From Spirochaetota bacterium (GTDB lineage Bacteria > Spirochaetota > UBA4802 > UBA5550): a stretch of 64,000 bases of DNA. Position numbers and translations under genes: made by a program. The notes beneath the pieces are model-generated. The model worked only from the letters and a program-made list of their open reading frames with translations, did no database searches and had not been told where the DNA came from. This document shows positions 39,491 through 49,553 of the stretch, one piece after another (position 1 is the stretch's first letter; the number at the start of each line of letters is the position of its first letter). The stretch covers positions 576,001-640,000 of the forward strand of contig OY760686.1 in NCBI GenBank assembly GCA_963663865.1, read 5' to 3'.

Positions 39491-40099
39491 ATGGGAGCTC
39501 AGGTTTTAACCGCAGAAAAAAGGACTGAAACAGGCAAGAACGCGGCGAGAAGGCTGCGCGGAAGGGGCTTTATTCCGGCGGTGCTCACAGCTCATGGAAA
39601 GACTGAATCTCTTCAGCTTGGAGAGAAAGATTTTTCCAAACTGTTTAAGGGTGGCATTTCAGAGAGTGTGATTTTTGAACTCAATATTGAGGGGGGGGAT
39701 AGTACTCTTGCATTTGTGAAGGACTTCCAGATAGACCCTGTTACTGACGGAATAGTCCATCTCGATCTTTATAAGATAACAAAAGGTGAGAAGATTCATA
39801 CAAGCTTGCCGCTTGAAATAACCGGAACTCCAAAAGGCGCTAAGCTGGGCGGACTCCTTGAGATTTATGAGAGACACATATCAGTTGAATGTCTGCCTAT
39901 GGATCTTCCGGAGAAATATGTTGTCGATGTTTCAGATCTTGGACTTGATGAAAACATCCATGCCAAGGATCTTAATCTCGGCGACAAAATAAAGCTTCTT
40001 TCAAGCCCGGACACGGTTATAGCAGTAATTCACCCGCCTAAGAAAGCAGAAGATGCTGATTCGTCTGAAGGCGGATCGGCTGATAATACCGGCGAGTAA
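39491..40099 (+). CDS. rplY: 50S ribosomal protein bL25 (CTC type)
   Basis: 'GKNAARRLR..GFIPAV' and 'QIDPV...VHLDL', plus CTC C-domain; prs–rplY–pth synteny. Confidence 0.93.
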   Translation: MGAQVLTAEKRTETGKNAARRLRGRGFIPAVLTAHGKTESLQLGEKDFSKLFKGGISESVIFELNIEGGDSTLAFVKDFQIDPVTDGIVHLDLYKITKGEKIHTSLPLEITGTPKGAKLGGLLEIYERHISVECLPMDLPEKYVVDVSDLGLDENIHAKDLNLGDKIKLLSSPDTVIAVIHPPKKAEDADSSEGGSADNTGE

Positions 40100-40121
40100 C
40101 ATTTTTGAAAGTGTTAAGTCT

Positions 40122-40167
40122 AATAGAAGTAGATTTCCGGTGATGGGGGTCTACTTCTATTTTTTTT
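40122..40167 (+). terminator. Rho-independent terminator after rplY
   Basis: AATAGAAGTAGA...TCTACTTCTATT followed by a T-run. Confidence 0.75.
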
Positions 40168-40236
40168 GCTTAATGAAAAGACAGTAATGACTTTTCAGCA
40201 TCTGGGGCCGGAATATAGACAAAGGGAGGATCGCAA

Positions 40237-40866
40237 TTGAAGTTAATTGTAGGCTTTGGGAATCCCGGCGAGCGATATGCCAATAACAGGCAGAACATTG
40301 GTTTTAAAGTTATCGATATTGTCGGAAACAATGAGAACATTGATGTCAGAATAAAGAAGAAGAAATCCCTGATAGGCAGGGGAAAGATCCTCGGCCAGGA
40401 TGTAGTCCTCCTCAAACCGCAGACTTTTGTTAATCTTATTGGTGAATCGGTTCTGTACATAGCTTCTTTCCTCAGGATAAACGTTCGTGATATAATATGC
40501 ATAGTAGAAGACAGCTCTCTTGAACTGGGAGAGATGCGCGTTGATTACATGTATTCCAGTCTCGAACATGAAGGTGTAAAATCGATGGAAAGGGCTTTAA
40601 AGTCAGACAGGTTTGCGAAGATAAGGGTCGGTATATCCGAAAAACCTGACGGAATAACGATGGAGAACTATCTGCTGCAGGATTTTACACTTGAGGAAAA
40701 CCTTATTCTTATTGATGTCCTCAACAAAACTGAAGAGGTTGTCAGAATGCTTGTGAACAGTCCGATAGAGGAAGTCCAGGAGAAGTACAATCCGGAAGGA
40801 GCACCTAAAATCCGCAGACGGACTGTGAAGATGGTCCACATTGATCACAGGAAAACAAAAAAGTAA
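40237..40866 (+). CDS. pth: Peptidyl-tRNA hydrolase (atypical active site)
   Basis: 'MKLIVGFGNPG..Y..NRQNIGF', 'LLKPQTF.NL.GESV' and 'KIRVGI'; synteny. The catalytic RHN reads RQN. Confidence 0.85.
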   Translation: MKLIVGFGNPGERYANNRQNIGFKVIDIVGNNENIDVRIKKKKSLIGRGKILGQDVVLLKPQTFVNLIGESVLYIASFLRINVRDIICIVEDSSLELGEMRVDYMYSSLEHEGVKSMERALKSDRFAKIRVGISEKPDGITMENYLLQDFTLEENLILIDVLNKTEEVVRMLVNSPIEEVQEKYNPEGAPKIRRRTVKMVHIDHRKTKK

Positions 40867-40884
40867 ATGAGTGAACATGAATAA

Positions 40885-40918
40885 AAGAAAAGCCCTCCTT
40901 ATAAAGAGGGCTTTTCTT
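40885..40918. terminator. Bidirectional terminator
   Basis: AAGAAAAGCCCTC-loop-GAGGGCTTTTCTT between convergent genes. Confidence 0.85.
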
Positions 40919-40932
40919 GCGAGAAAGAATTC

Positions 40933-42069
40933 TCAGGAAGCTCTGGATATAGGGAAGTCCTTTCTGTATTTTGCGAAAAGATAAATAATGACGAGGGCGC
41001 TGATGAAAAGCACCCCGGCTGCTCCCGGAAGAACGTACTCGGCGCGGCCCGTAAAGCAGACCGCCATAAAAATTATGGAAAACATCTCTTTCTTTACGAC
41101 ATATTTCATGGTTTTTGAAAAAACTACAAACGGGTCTTTTACCGGAAGCTTTTGAAGGAAGTACGTGTCAAATGCCACCAGAGAGCCGGAGTCGGTTCTT
41201 GTCCTGATAAACCGGACCATAATTCCTACGAAAACGGCAAGTGAAGCGAACATGACAGCTATTGATAAGGTTGAAACTATTCCTCCCATTCTGACCATAT
41301 TGAGATACGACGCTGCAATCAGAAACAGCAAAAGAGTCAGGTTGTCTCCAAGCGTATCAAGCCACCCGCCGAGAACTGAAAACTTAAAAGAGTATTTAGC
41401 AACCTCGCCGTCAACGCCGTCAAAAACTGAAGCGGCCTGAAACAGCAATCCGCTAACTATCATAAAAAACCATGCGTCGCGTGAGGACTCGGGACTGTTG
41501 GCTGACATTATCAAAAACGCTGAACTTGCCACGCCGACCGCGATATTGATGACCGTCAAATAGTTTGGATGAATTCTTGTTTTAACAACAAGGCGGCTTA
41601 TGGGTATAGAGATACGCTTATTGATTTTTTTTGAAATAAAGCCGCCAGTGTTCGCGATTATTGTTTTAATGACCATTTTTACGGCGGTCTTGATGTCATT
41701 CCTGCTGTTTATACAAAGGCTGTTTGTTGAATCAGAAGAGACCCAGCCTTTTCCGCTCCTGCTAAAATATCGTTCGAAATCGTTGAAATAATGCAGCTGA
41801 AGGAAGTGGTTTGAATCAAGAAGCAATGAGTCCTCAGTTGATTTTTCTATGTCACTGGATAATTCGATCAGGTCAGCCGGGACATGGCGGCTTATCTTAC
41901 TCTCATAAAACGACCTTTCTTCGTCGTTAAGCGCTAAAATGATTTTTTTAAAACCTGCTTTGAAGAGGACCATTATGTTGCGTTCCAGAACATAGAGTCC
42001 TGTAATTTTTGATCTATAGGGATATGGGGTGGATGGGCTTTGAATGACTGCAGATGCTGGGATTGACAT
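40933..42069 (-). CDS. CDP-alcohol phosphatidyltransferase family protein with degenerate N-terminal NTP-transferase-like region
   Basis: 'HPNYLT' and the CDP-OH-P signature 'FDGVDGEVAK...SVLGGWLDTLGD'. Confidence 0.85.
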   Translation of the reverse strand: MSIPASAVIQSPSTPYPYRSKITGLYVLERNIMVLFKAGFKKIILALNDEERSFYESKISRHVPADLIELSSDIEKSTEDSLLLDSNHFLQLHYFNDFERYFSRSGKGWVSSDSTNSLCINSRNDIKTAVKMVIKTIIANTGGFISKKINKRISIPISRLVVKTRIHPNYLTVINIAVGVASSAFLIMSANSPESSRDAWFFMIVSGLLFQAASVFDGVDGEVAKYSFKFSVLGGWLDTLGDNLTLLLFLIAASYLNMVRMGGIVSTLSIAVMFASLAVFVGIMVRFIRTRTDSGSLVAFDTYFLQKLPVKDPFVVFSKTMKYVVKKEMFSIIFMAVCFTGRAEYVLPGAAGVLFISALVIIYLFAKYRKDFPISRAS

Positions 42070-42279
42070 TAACTTTGTTCTCCGGAAAATAATATTAAAC
42101 AGATAATCTCCTTAATAAACAGACAGGCAGTTATAAGCGCAAGTATTATTTAAACAGGGCAATATATCCATACGGCATTTATATGTAAACACAGGATAAT
42201 GTCTATGGTAAAGTGTGGCAAGTTCAGGCATTAAAAAAAGTGAAACCCGCTTGACAGCCGTCATTTTTATGAAAATCTG

Positions 42280-43572
42280 ATGGATAAGAATCCGGAGGAA
42301 AAGATGGACATCAATATTACTGAACAGCTTAACAGCGTATTGAGAATGGCGGGTCTGTCCGCGGATTACCTTACATCGGCGGTATCGGTCATATTCTTTT
42401 CAGCCGTGCTGATAGTGGCATGGGCATCTTACTTTGTCCTTAGCAGGATAGTGCTTCACTGCATGAGAAAGGTCACAAAGAAGACCAATTCCTCATGGGA
42501 TGATATCCTCTTCAATCAGACTGTGTTCAGAAGGCTTTCACACCTTTTTCCGGCGGTAATAATATACTTCGGAGCGCCGCTGGCTCTTCCTGGCTATGAG
42601 TCGGCTGTATCTGTGATTCAGCGAGCGGCCTACCTCTACATGTGCGCGGCCGGCATTTTAATGATCGACGCTGTTATAAATGCCTTTCATGAGATATTCA
42701 CGACACTTCCTGCCGCGAAGAACCGGTCAATTAAGGGCTATGTCCAGGTAGTTAAAATATTCATCTACATAATAGGCGCGGGTCTTTTCTTTTCGATACT
42801 CCTGAACAGGGATTTCAGCACTTTCTTCGCCGGATTGGGAGCCATGGCCGCTGTGTTAATGCTGGTATTTAAGGACTCAATTTTGGGGCTTGTGGCCGGC
42901 GTTCAGCTTTCGGCTAACAACATGGTTCAGCTTGGCGACTGGATATCCATGCCGAGCCGGGGCGCCGACGGTGATGTCATAGACATCTCGCTCAACACCG
43001 TGAAGGTCAACAACTGGGACAAGACCATCAGTACTATACCGACTTACGCGCTTGTGTCCGAATCGTTCACAAACTGGCGGGGCATGCAGGAGTCTGGAGG
43101 TAGAAGGATAATGCGCTCTGTCAGCATTGACATGAAGAGCATACACTTCCTGAGCAGGGAGGAGATCGACAGGTTCAAAAAGATACATGTCCTCCGTGAG
43201 TACCTTGAGACAAGAGAAAGGGAGATTGAGCAGTATAACAGGGAAAACTCCGCTGATGAAACAATGCCGGTAAATGGAAGAAGACTTACCAATATCGGCA
43301 CCTTCAGGCGCTACCTTGTTGAATATCTCAGAAGACATCCCATGATTCATCAGGATATGACCTTCCTTGTCAGGCAGCTTGACCCGACAGATAAGGGCCT
43401 GCCGGTTCAGGTCTATGTTTTTTGCAAGGACCAGCGCTGGGTCGAGTATGAGGGAATACAGTCCGATATCTTTGACCACATACTGGCTGTCATACCCCAG
43501 TTCGCCCTTCGCGTCTATCAGAGCCCTTCCGGAGACGACATCGCTTCACTGGCCGACAGGCTGAAGCAGTAA
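42280..43572 (+). CDS. mscS: Mechanosensitive channel, MscS family (YbdG-like)
   Basis: 'GLGAMAAVLMLVFKDSILGLVAGVQL', 'GDWISMP..GADGDV', 'NWDKTISTIPTY', 'SGGRRI' and 'YEGIQSDIFDH'. Confidence 0.93.
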   Translation: MDKNPEEKMDINITEQLNSVLRMAGLSADYLTSAVSVIFFSAVLIVAWASYFVLSRIVLHCMRKVTKKTNSSWDDILFNQTVFRRLSHLFPAVIIYFGAPLALPGYESAVSVIQRAAYLYMCAAGILMIDAVINAFHEIFTTLPAAKNRSIKGYVQVVKIFIYIIGAGLFFSILLNRDFSTFFAGLGAMAAVLMLVFKDSILGLVAGVQLSANNMVQLGDWISMPSRGADGDVIDISLNTVKVNNWDKTISTIPTYALVSESFTNWRGMQESGGRRIMRSVSIDMKSIHFLSREEIDRFKKIHVLREYLETREREIEQYNRENSADETMPVNGRRLTNIGTFRRYLVEYLRRHPMIHQDMTFLVRQLDPTDKGLPVQVYVFCKDQRWVEYEGIQSDIFDHILAVIPQFALRVYQSPSGDDIASLADRLKQ

Positions 43573-43645
43573 TAGAGATATCCCCCCTCTCTAAAGGGGG
43601 ATTTCCCGCTTTACAAATAGAACGGCGTTTCGCTTACATAGCGCA

Positions 43646-46399
43646 ATGAATTCAATTGAAAGCATTAATACTACAACAGCCGCAAGGTTCTTTTGCGGCG
43701 GCGGCGCGGCTCTCAGATCGGCAGAGTCGGTGCTTCAGGACTGTTCCATCGCCCGAATAGCCACGGCGTACTTTGAGCCCTCGGGATGGAAATGCCTGCG
43801 GAATATTCTGAGCGGCAAAGAGGTCAGGCTGCTCATCGGCAGGCCCGATACGGCAGAGGACAGGGTCGCGGCAGTAATAGAGGACTTCTTCAGTTCTCTG
43901 AACTCCGGAAGCTTCGAAGACAGGATAAGCGTTATGGAGGAACTCCGCGGCGCAATAGCCGAAGGACGCTTTCTGGTCGGAGTTTCAGGAGAGGAGACTG
44001 GTTCAACAGTCCTCACTCCGAAGTACCTGTATCACCACGCCAAGCTGTACATAGGCGACCTCAAAAAGGCACTGATAACATCGGCGAACTTCACATGGAG
44101 CGGACTCATCGGCAGCCGGGAGGCCGGCATTGTCAGCGAAAATCCGGAGGATGTGGCCTACTTTGCCGAAAGGTTTGACTTCTATTTCAGCAGGGCTGTA
44201 CCTCTGGCGGAATTGCTTCTGGAAAGGCTTGATGAGTGGCTCAGAACATATTCCCCTTTTGAAATATACATGCTTTCTCTGATATCACTTTACGGACTTC
44301 CTTCGGACGAGAAGCCAGGCAGGCTGCCCCCGCTGGCGGGATACCAGCGGCCTGTGGTGTCAAGGCTGATAAGAAACATAGAGGATTTCGGCGGCACCAT
44401 GCTTGTCGCTTCGACAGGGCTTGGTAAAACAATAATGGCCGCTCATGTAGTAGCCAATCTCAGAAGCCGCGGGCTTGTCGATTCTGCCATTGTGCTTTGT
44501 CCCTCCGGACTCAAGGCTATGTGGCAGCGAACTATGAGGGCGTCAAGGGTTTCGAGCATTGAGTTTTCTTACTATGTTATGTCGGTGGAAGACTGGAGGC
44601 GGGTCAGGGATGTTGCCGTTCTTGAGAGGGAGATCAGACACGCTGATTCAAACACCATCATAATACTGGATGAAAGCCACCATCTCAGAAACGCTGAGAA
44701 TGCCGGGGAGATAAGGCTCAGGCATGAGCGCATACTGAGCATGGTGGGGCAGAAGGCCAGGGTGCTTTTAATGACTGCGACACCGTACAGCAAAAGTGTT
44801 GAGGATATCAACTCGCAATTGAGACTGCTTCCGCTGCATGACGGTGGACAGTCACTGTTCGGAGGGCAGAGTCATGACCACTGGCGGGTACAGAATCCGC
44901 AGGAGCTCTCAGAGCTGAAATGCGGAGTTGTTCTTACAGCACCGAGCGTGGTCAGGCATTTCAGCTCGCGTGATGAAAACGGCAACAGGTATGTTGTCTT
45001 CAATTCCGACGAGAAGCGATATTTTCCGGGCAGGATAAACATAAGCAATATCGAATACCATAACCCGGTAGATGAATATCTTTCCCGGATGCTCAGCGAG
45101 AGGCTTCTTTATGTCAGAGACGATTCGGATGAGAGTTCTTTCTCACTCTTCGGCGATTTTGAGAAGGGCATCAGAAGGCCTCTTTTTGAGGCGCATCTGG
45201 TGCACCGTCTCTGCTCATCACTGGGCGAGGCTGAGGTCGTCCTTGAAAAGATGTGCGATGTGAACGGATTTGAGAAGATGAGGTTTGAGAGGTGCGACGA
45301 GCTGAAAGGACTTGCCTTCGAGGCAAGGAGGCACATTCAGAGATCAGCTTCTGAAGTCTCCGGCGGCCCCGGCGATGAGAAGATCCGGGCGGTGATTGAT
45401 ATACTCAAGAAGTATGAAGACGAGAAGGCGGTTATATTCTGTGTCTACAAGGCGACTGCCGATTATATAGTAAGCCAGATTGAGAGATACATGCCCGGAA
45501 CCGGGATCAAGTCGACTGTCAACCGAAACGCTGATGAGCTTGAACAGATAATCCAGGAGTTCGCTCCGGTGGCGAACAGCATTGATCTCGGCGACAGTGA
45601 CGAGCCGGACCCTCAGACAGAAGCAGGCGGAATAAGGGTACTTGTGGCCACAACGGCCATGTCAGAGGGCTTCAACTTTCAGGATGCCTCAATCATGATA
45701 AACTTTGACCTGCCATGGACCGTCCTCGTGCTTGCCCAGAGGATGGGGCGCATCCTGAGGCCGTGGAAGAGCCCGCGCGATATCAATATATTCACGCTTA
45801 TCCCTTCAACAATGAGCAGTCCTTCAATCAGCCACGCGCTTAACTGGAACAGGAGACTGCATCAGCGCAACAGGGATTTCAGCTCATTCGCGGATATTCC
45901 TGTCATCGTGGAGAGAAGCGACGAGTTTGAGATGTTTGATCTCGCGAGGACAATGAAGCAGTTTGACCGGGTGGAGCTGAATCTTGATGAGGTCTACAGC
46001 TTCATAGAGAAGGCGGACGGGCTGCACACAAGCGGATTCCTCGACGACCTGGCTTCACTCAGCGACGATGATTTCAGGGAGTTAAGACGCCTTCCGGACG
46101 GGGTGCGCAGCTTCAAGGAAAAGAGTCTTGAATCGGAGTTTCTCTACATGCTTATAAGGTTCAGAAACGCTAACTATCCGGCCCTGTTTGATGATAGCGG
46201 CAAATTGATAGTAGACCATGACAGAATTGACGATATTATGGGAATGATACGGTCATCCAGGGATGAAGCATGCTCTCTGACAATACCCGATGTCGACAGA
46301 CTCGACAGCTGGCATGACAGGGCCATCCAGAACTGGGCCCTCGCCAAGGATGTAAGTCCTGAAGAGATTGCCGTAAGGTGCCTGATGGTGCTGAAATAA
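43646..46399 (+). CDS. PLD-nuclease + SF2 (SNF2-like) helicase fusion
   Basis: HKD motif 'HAKLYIGD' + 'SANFT', Walker A 'STGLGKT', 'DESHH', 'TATP', 'SEGFNFQDA' and 'QRMGRILR'. Confidence 0.85.
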   Translation: MNSIESINTTTAARFFCGGGAALRSAESVLQDCSIARIATAYFEPSGWKCLRNILSGKEVRLLIGRPDTAEDRVAAVIEDFFSSLNSGSFEDRISVMEELRGAIAEGRFLVGVSGEETGSTVLTPKYLYHHAKLYIGDLKKALITSANFTWSGLIGSREAGIVSENPEDVAYFAERFDFYFSRAVPLAELLLERLDEWLRTYSPFEIYMLSLISLYGLPSDEKPGRLPPLAGYQRPVVSRLIRNIEDFGGTMLVASTGLGKTIMAAHVVANLRSRGLVDSAIVLCPSGLKAMWQRTMRASRVSSIEFSYYVMSVEDWRRVRDVAVLEREIRHADSNTIIILDESHHLRNAENAGEIRLRHERILSMVGQKARVLLMTATPYSKSVEDINSQLRLLPLHDGGQSLFGGQSHDHWRVQNPQELSELKCGVVLTAPSVVRHFSSRDENGNRYVVFNSDEKRYFPGRINISNIEYHNPVDEYLSRMLSERLLYVRDDSDESSFSLFGDFEKGIRRPLFEAHLVHRLCSSLGEAEVVLEKMCDVNGFEKMRFERCDELKGLAFEARRHIQRSASEVSGGPGDEKIRAVIDILKKYEDEKAVIFCVYKATADYIVSQIERYMPGTGIKSTVNRNADELEQIIQEFAPVANSIDLGDSDEPDPQTEAGGIRVLVATTAMSEGFNFQDASIMINFDLPWTVLVLAQRMGRILRPWKSPRDINIFTLIPSTMSSPSISHALNWNRRLHQRNRDFSSFADIPVIVERSDEFEMFDLARTMKQFDRVELNLDEVYSFIEKADGLHTSGFLDDLASLSDDDFRELRRLPDGVRSFKEKSLESEFLYMLIRFRNANYPALFDDSGKLIVDHDRIDDIMGMIRSSRDEACSLTIPDVDRLDSWHDRAIQNWALAKDVSPEEIAVRCLMVLK

Positions 46400-46411
46400 A
46401 AGGAGGACACA

Positions 46412-46735
46412 ATGGCTTCAAGTGAAGACTTTGTAACCTATATCGCGGGACAGATAGAGGATGCCGGCGTAATATCATGGAGAAAGATGTTCGGGGAATA
46501 CGCTATTTACGCTGACGGCAAGGTCGTTGCCCTGATCTGCGACAACATGCTTTTCGTGAAACCAACCGAAGCAGGACGGGCCTTCATTGGCGATGTAACC
46601 GAGGCCCCGCCCTATCCAAAGGCTAAAAACTCGTTTCTCATAGAGGACGGGATAGACGACAGGGAATGGCTGTCCGAGCTTGTCAGGCTCACGGCCTCGG
46701 AACTGCCTGAGCCGAAGAAGAAAAAGGGGCGGTAG
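46412..46735 (+). CDS. TfoX/Sxy N-terminal domain protein
   Basis: 'RKMFGEYAIY.DGKVVALICDN.LFVKPT' and 'PPYPKAK'. Confidence 0.88.
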   Translation: MASSEDFVTYIAGQIEDAGVISWRKMFGEYAIYADGKVVALICDNMLFVKPTEAGRAFIGDVTEAPPYPKAKNSFLIEDGIDDREWLSELVRLTASELPEPKKKKGR

Positions 46736-46840
46736 AGTGGTAGTGTTATCCCCCCGAATTTGGAATATAGAATTGAAAAAATGTGTAACAAACAATAAAA
46801 AGCTTTACCTTATGGGTTAAGTATAATAATTTATCATTAA

Positions 46841-47173
46841 ATGGACATTGCTTTTAAGACGAAAAAATTAGAGAAAACCTTTAACTCTTTTCGCGAACTG
46901 AATAAGTCTTTTGGTGAAAACAGTGACAAGATAAGGAAAAGAATGGCTGTTTTACGGGCAGCACCTTCACTCGGCGATGTGCCGCATGAAAAGCCAATCA
47001 GAAGACATGAGTTAACCGGGAATAGGGCAGCTGAATTTGCTGTTGATTTGAATCACCCGTTTAGACTGGTGTTTGTACCAAATAATGATCCAATACCCTA
47101 TAAAAAAGACGGAGGCATCGACCTGTTCAATGTAACATCTATTTGTATAACAGGAGTGGAGGACTATCACTGA
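46841..47173 (+). CDS. higB: RelE/HigB-family toxin (killer suppression type)
   Basis: 'MDIAFKTKKLEK' and 'RRHELTGNR..EFAVDL..PFRLVF..VEDYH'; toxin-first arrangement. Confidence 0.85.
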   Translation: MDIAFKTKKLEKTFNSFRELNKSFGENSDKIRKRMAVLRAAPSLGDVPHEKPIRRHELTGNRAAEFAVDLNHPFRLVFVPNNDPIPYKKDGGIDLFNVTSICITGVEDYH

Positions 47174-48255
47174 TGATAACTAATACAAACACATATAATC
47201 CCGATTACGCGGTTCATCCGGGTGAAATACTTGAGGAAACTCTGGCTGCAAGAGATATTAAAAAAAACGATCTTGCGGAAAGATGCGGTCTGTCAGCAAA
47301 AACGATCAGCCAGATTCTCAATAAAAAGGCCCCATTAACCGCTGATACGGCTGTACAGCTTGAGCGAGTATTGGGAATTTCTGCTGATATATGGAATAAT
47401 CTTGACGCTCAATATCGTCTTTTTGAAGCAAAAACAAAGGAAAAAGAGAGAAATGAAGAATATGTGCAATGGGCAAAAGATTTCCCAATAAAGTCTCTGC
47501 AAAAGATGGGTATCATACCTCCAGGGAATGATACTTCACATGTTATAGAAAGCCTGCTTTGCTTTTTCGGTGTAAATACGCCCAAATCGTGGGAGAAGGT
47601 GTACGGGAAGATATATGCTGCATACAGAAAATCTGAAAGGTTTACAGCTTCAGATAAATCAATCATTTCATGGCTTAGAATTGGTATTAAGCATGCTGAA
47701 AGTATAGATACTGAAAAATATGATAGTGAAGTATTTATCAGGAATTTAAAAAGAATTCGAGAGTTGACAATGCAGAAACCTTCAGAATTTGAGCATAAGA
47801 TGAAAGAGTTATGCAGGGAATCAGGAGTCGTTCTGGTTTTTGTCCCAGAACTTCCACGGATGCATCTTTGTGGTGCAACAAAATGGCTGTCCAAAGGGAA
47901 GGCATTGATAATGCTAACTTTTCGATATAAAAGCAATGATCAGTTCTGGTTTACATTTTTTCACGAAGCAGCCCATATATTGTTACATGGGAAGAAAGAA
48001 AATTATATTGATCAAAAGGATACGACACAAAATAAAGAGGAAGATGAAGCTAATAAATTTGCCAGAGACTTCCTGGTGCCGCCTGCAAGATACAAGGATT
48101 TCGTAAAAGACAGCGGAAAAATCCTTCAAAGTGATATTATCAAATTGGCTGCTGAAATAAATATTGATCCAGGGATCATTGTTGGACGCTTACAGCATGA
48201 TAAGCTATTACCTTATAGTTATTTTAATAACCTTAAAATAAAATATTCTCTGTGA
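47173..48255 (+). CDS. higA: HigA-family antitoxin (Xre HTH) fused to ImmA/IrrE-type metallopeptidase
   Basis: 'AVHPGEILEE', 'WNNLDAQY' and HEXXH 'FWFTFFHEAAHILLH'; TGATG overlap with higB. Confidence 0.88.
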   Translation: MITNTNTYNPDYAVHPGEILEETLAARDIKKNDLAERCGLSAKTISQILNKKAPLTADTAVQLERVLGISADIWNNLDAQYRLFEAKTKEKERNEEYVQWAKDFPIKSLQKMGIIPPGNDTSHVIESLLCFFGVNTPKSWEKVYGKIYAAYRKSERFTASDKSIISWLRIGIKHAESIDTEKYDSEVFIRNLKRIRELTMQKPSEFEHKMKELCRESGVVLVFVPELPRMHLCGATKWLSKGKALIMLTFRYKSNDQFWFTFFHEAAHILLHGKKENYIDQKDTTQNKEEDEANKFARDFLVPPARYKDFVKDSGKILQSDIIKLAAEINIDPGIIVGRLQHDKLLPYSYFNNLKIKYSL

Positions 48256-48428
48256 TTTTATAATAATTTATTATGCCTGTTCCATTCCGTCGTTGAATTC
48301 AGACCGGGCGATGTCTTAACACCCCCTTTTATCTTGACTCATAAATCCTCTGATAAAAAATGACCATGTGTTGATGTCTGAGCGCCATGCGCTGCCGGGC
48401 AGTATTTATCATACGAGGAAAGTGAAGA

Positions 48429-49553
48429 ATGAGAAATATAATATTTAAATTAAACATATTGTTGGCTATCGCTGTTTTTTCGCTAATGGCCTGCGATAGT
48501 TCTTCCGGGGGAAATGCCGGAGCCGATCTACCGGGTGATGAGACCCCCGTTGAAGAAACACCTTCAGATGAAACACCGACAGACGAAGAGCCTTCAGAAG
48601 AAGAACCGGACGAAGACACAAGACTTTTTGCGGATCCGGTGCTTGAAGCTGCCGTGAGAAGGACAATCCATAAACCTGAAGGGGAGTTAACGCTGGACGA
48701 CTGCAGAGGCGTGGATGCGCTCAGTATTAATAATTCTGAGTTGAGTGACCTTTCTGGTATAGAGAAGCTGACATCGATGATGTCGCTGTATATTACGAAT
48801 TCAGAGATTAACGATATCTCAGGGCTCTCCGGGTTAACGAATCTTTCTGTTCTGGGGCTTTCTGGAAACAGGATTGCCGATATCTCGCCACTTGAGGGGC
48901 TGATAATGCTGCAGAACCTTGATCTTGAAGACAATCAAATTTGTGACATCGCTCCTCTTCGTAATCTGACTGAACTTCGGCAGCTCAAGCTGAACAACAA
49001 TCTCATCGGGAATATCACTCCGCTTAAAAAGCTGAATAAAATACTGAAGCTGGATCTTTCAGATAATGTAATTCAGGATGTGGCGGTATTTGCCGGTTTG
49101 ACCGATATTAAGGCCGTGCGCCTGAGCAATAACAGCGTTAGTGATATGAGCCCAATTGCCTCTATGACCCAGCTGGAATCGATAAACCTGGCTTATAATC
49201 AGATTGAGAGTGTTCCATCATTGAGCGGGCTTGTAAATGTTACTTCGGTCGAGCTTAACGATAACAGTATTCAGGACATAAGCCAGTTGTCGTCGTTAAG
49301 TGGGCTCCGTTATCTGGATCTGGATAATAACAGCGTATCAGACTTATCACCTCTTTCGGGGATAGAGTACCTTCAGGTACTGCACATAAATAATAACGCG
49401 GTGGAAGACCTTGAGCCTCTGACAGCCTACTTCGGATTGCACAGCATCTACTATTACCTGGACGCCAGGAACAATCCTTTGAGCGAAGCGTCCAGGGATG
49501 TGCATTATCACACACTGCGAGACAGAGGGGTGAATGTAGATATCGATTCTTAA
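48429..49553 (+). CDS. Internalin-like leucine-rich repeat lipoprotein
   Basis: Lipobox LMAC, acidic Pro-rich linker and about 10 22-aa LRRs (LxxLxLxxNxIxDISPL). Confidence 0.9.
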   Translation: MRNIIFKLNILLAIAVFSLMACDSSSGGNAGADLPGDETPVEETPSDETPTDEEPSEEEPDEDTRLFADPVLEAAVRRTIHKPEGELTLDDCRGVDALSINNSELSDLSGIEKLTSMMSLYITNSEINDISGLSGLTNLSVLGLSGNRIADISPLEGLIMLQNLDLEDNQICDIAPLRNLTELRQLKLNNNLIGNITPLKKLNKILKLDLSDNVIQDVAVFAGLTDIKAVRLSNNSVSDMSPIASMTQLESINLAYNQIESVPSLSGLVNVTSVELNDNSIQDISQLSSLSGLRYLDLDNNSVSDLSPLSGIEYLQVLHINNNAVEDLEPLTAYFGLHSIYYYLDARNNPLSEASRDVHYHTLRDRGVNVDIDS

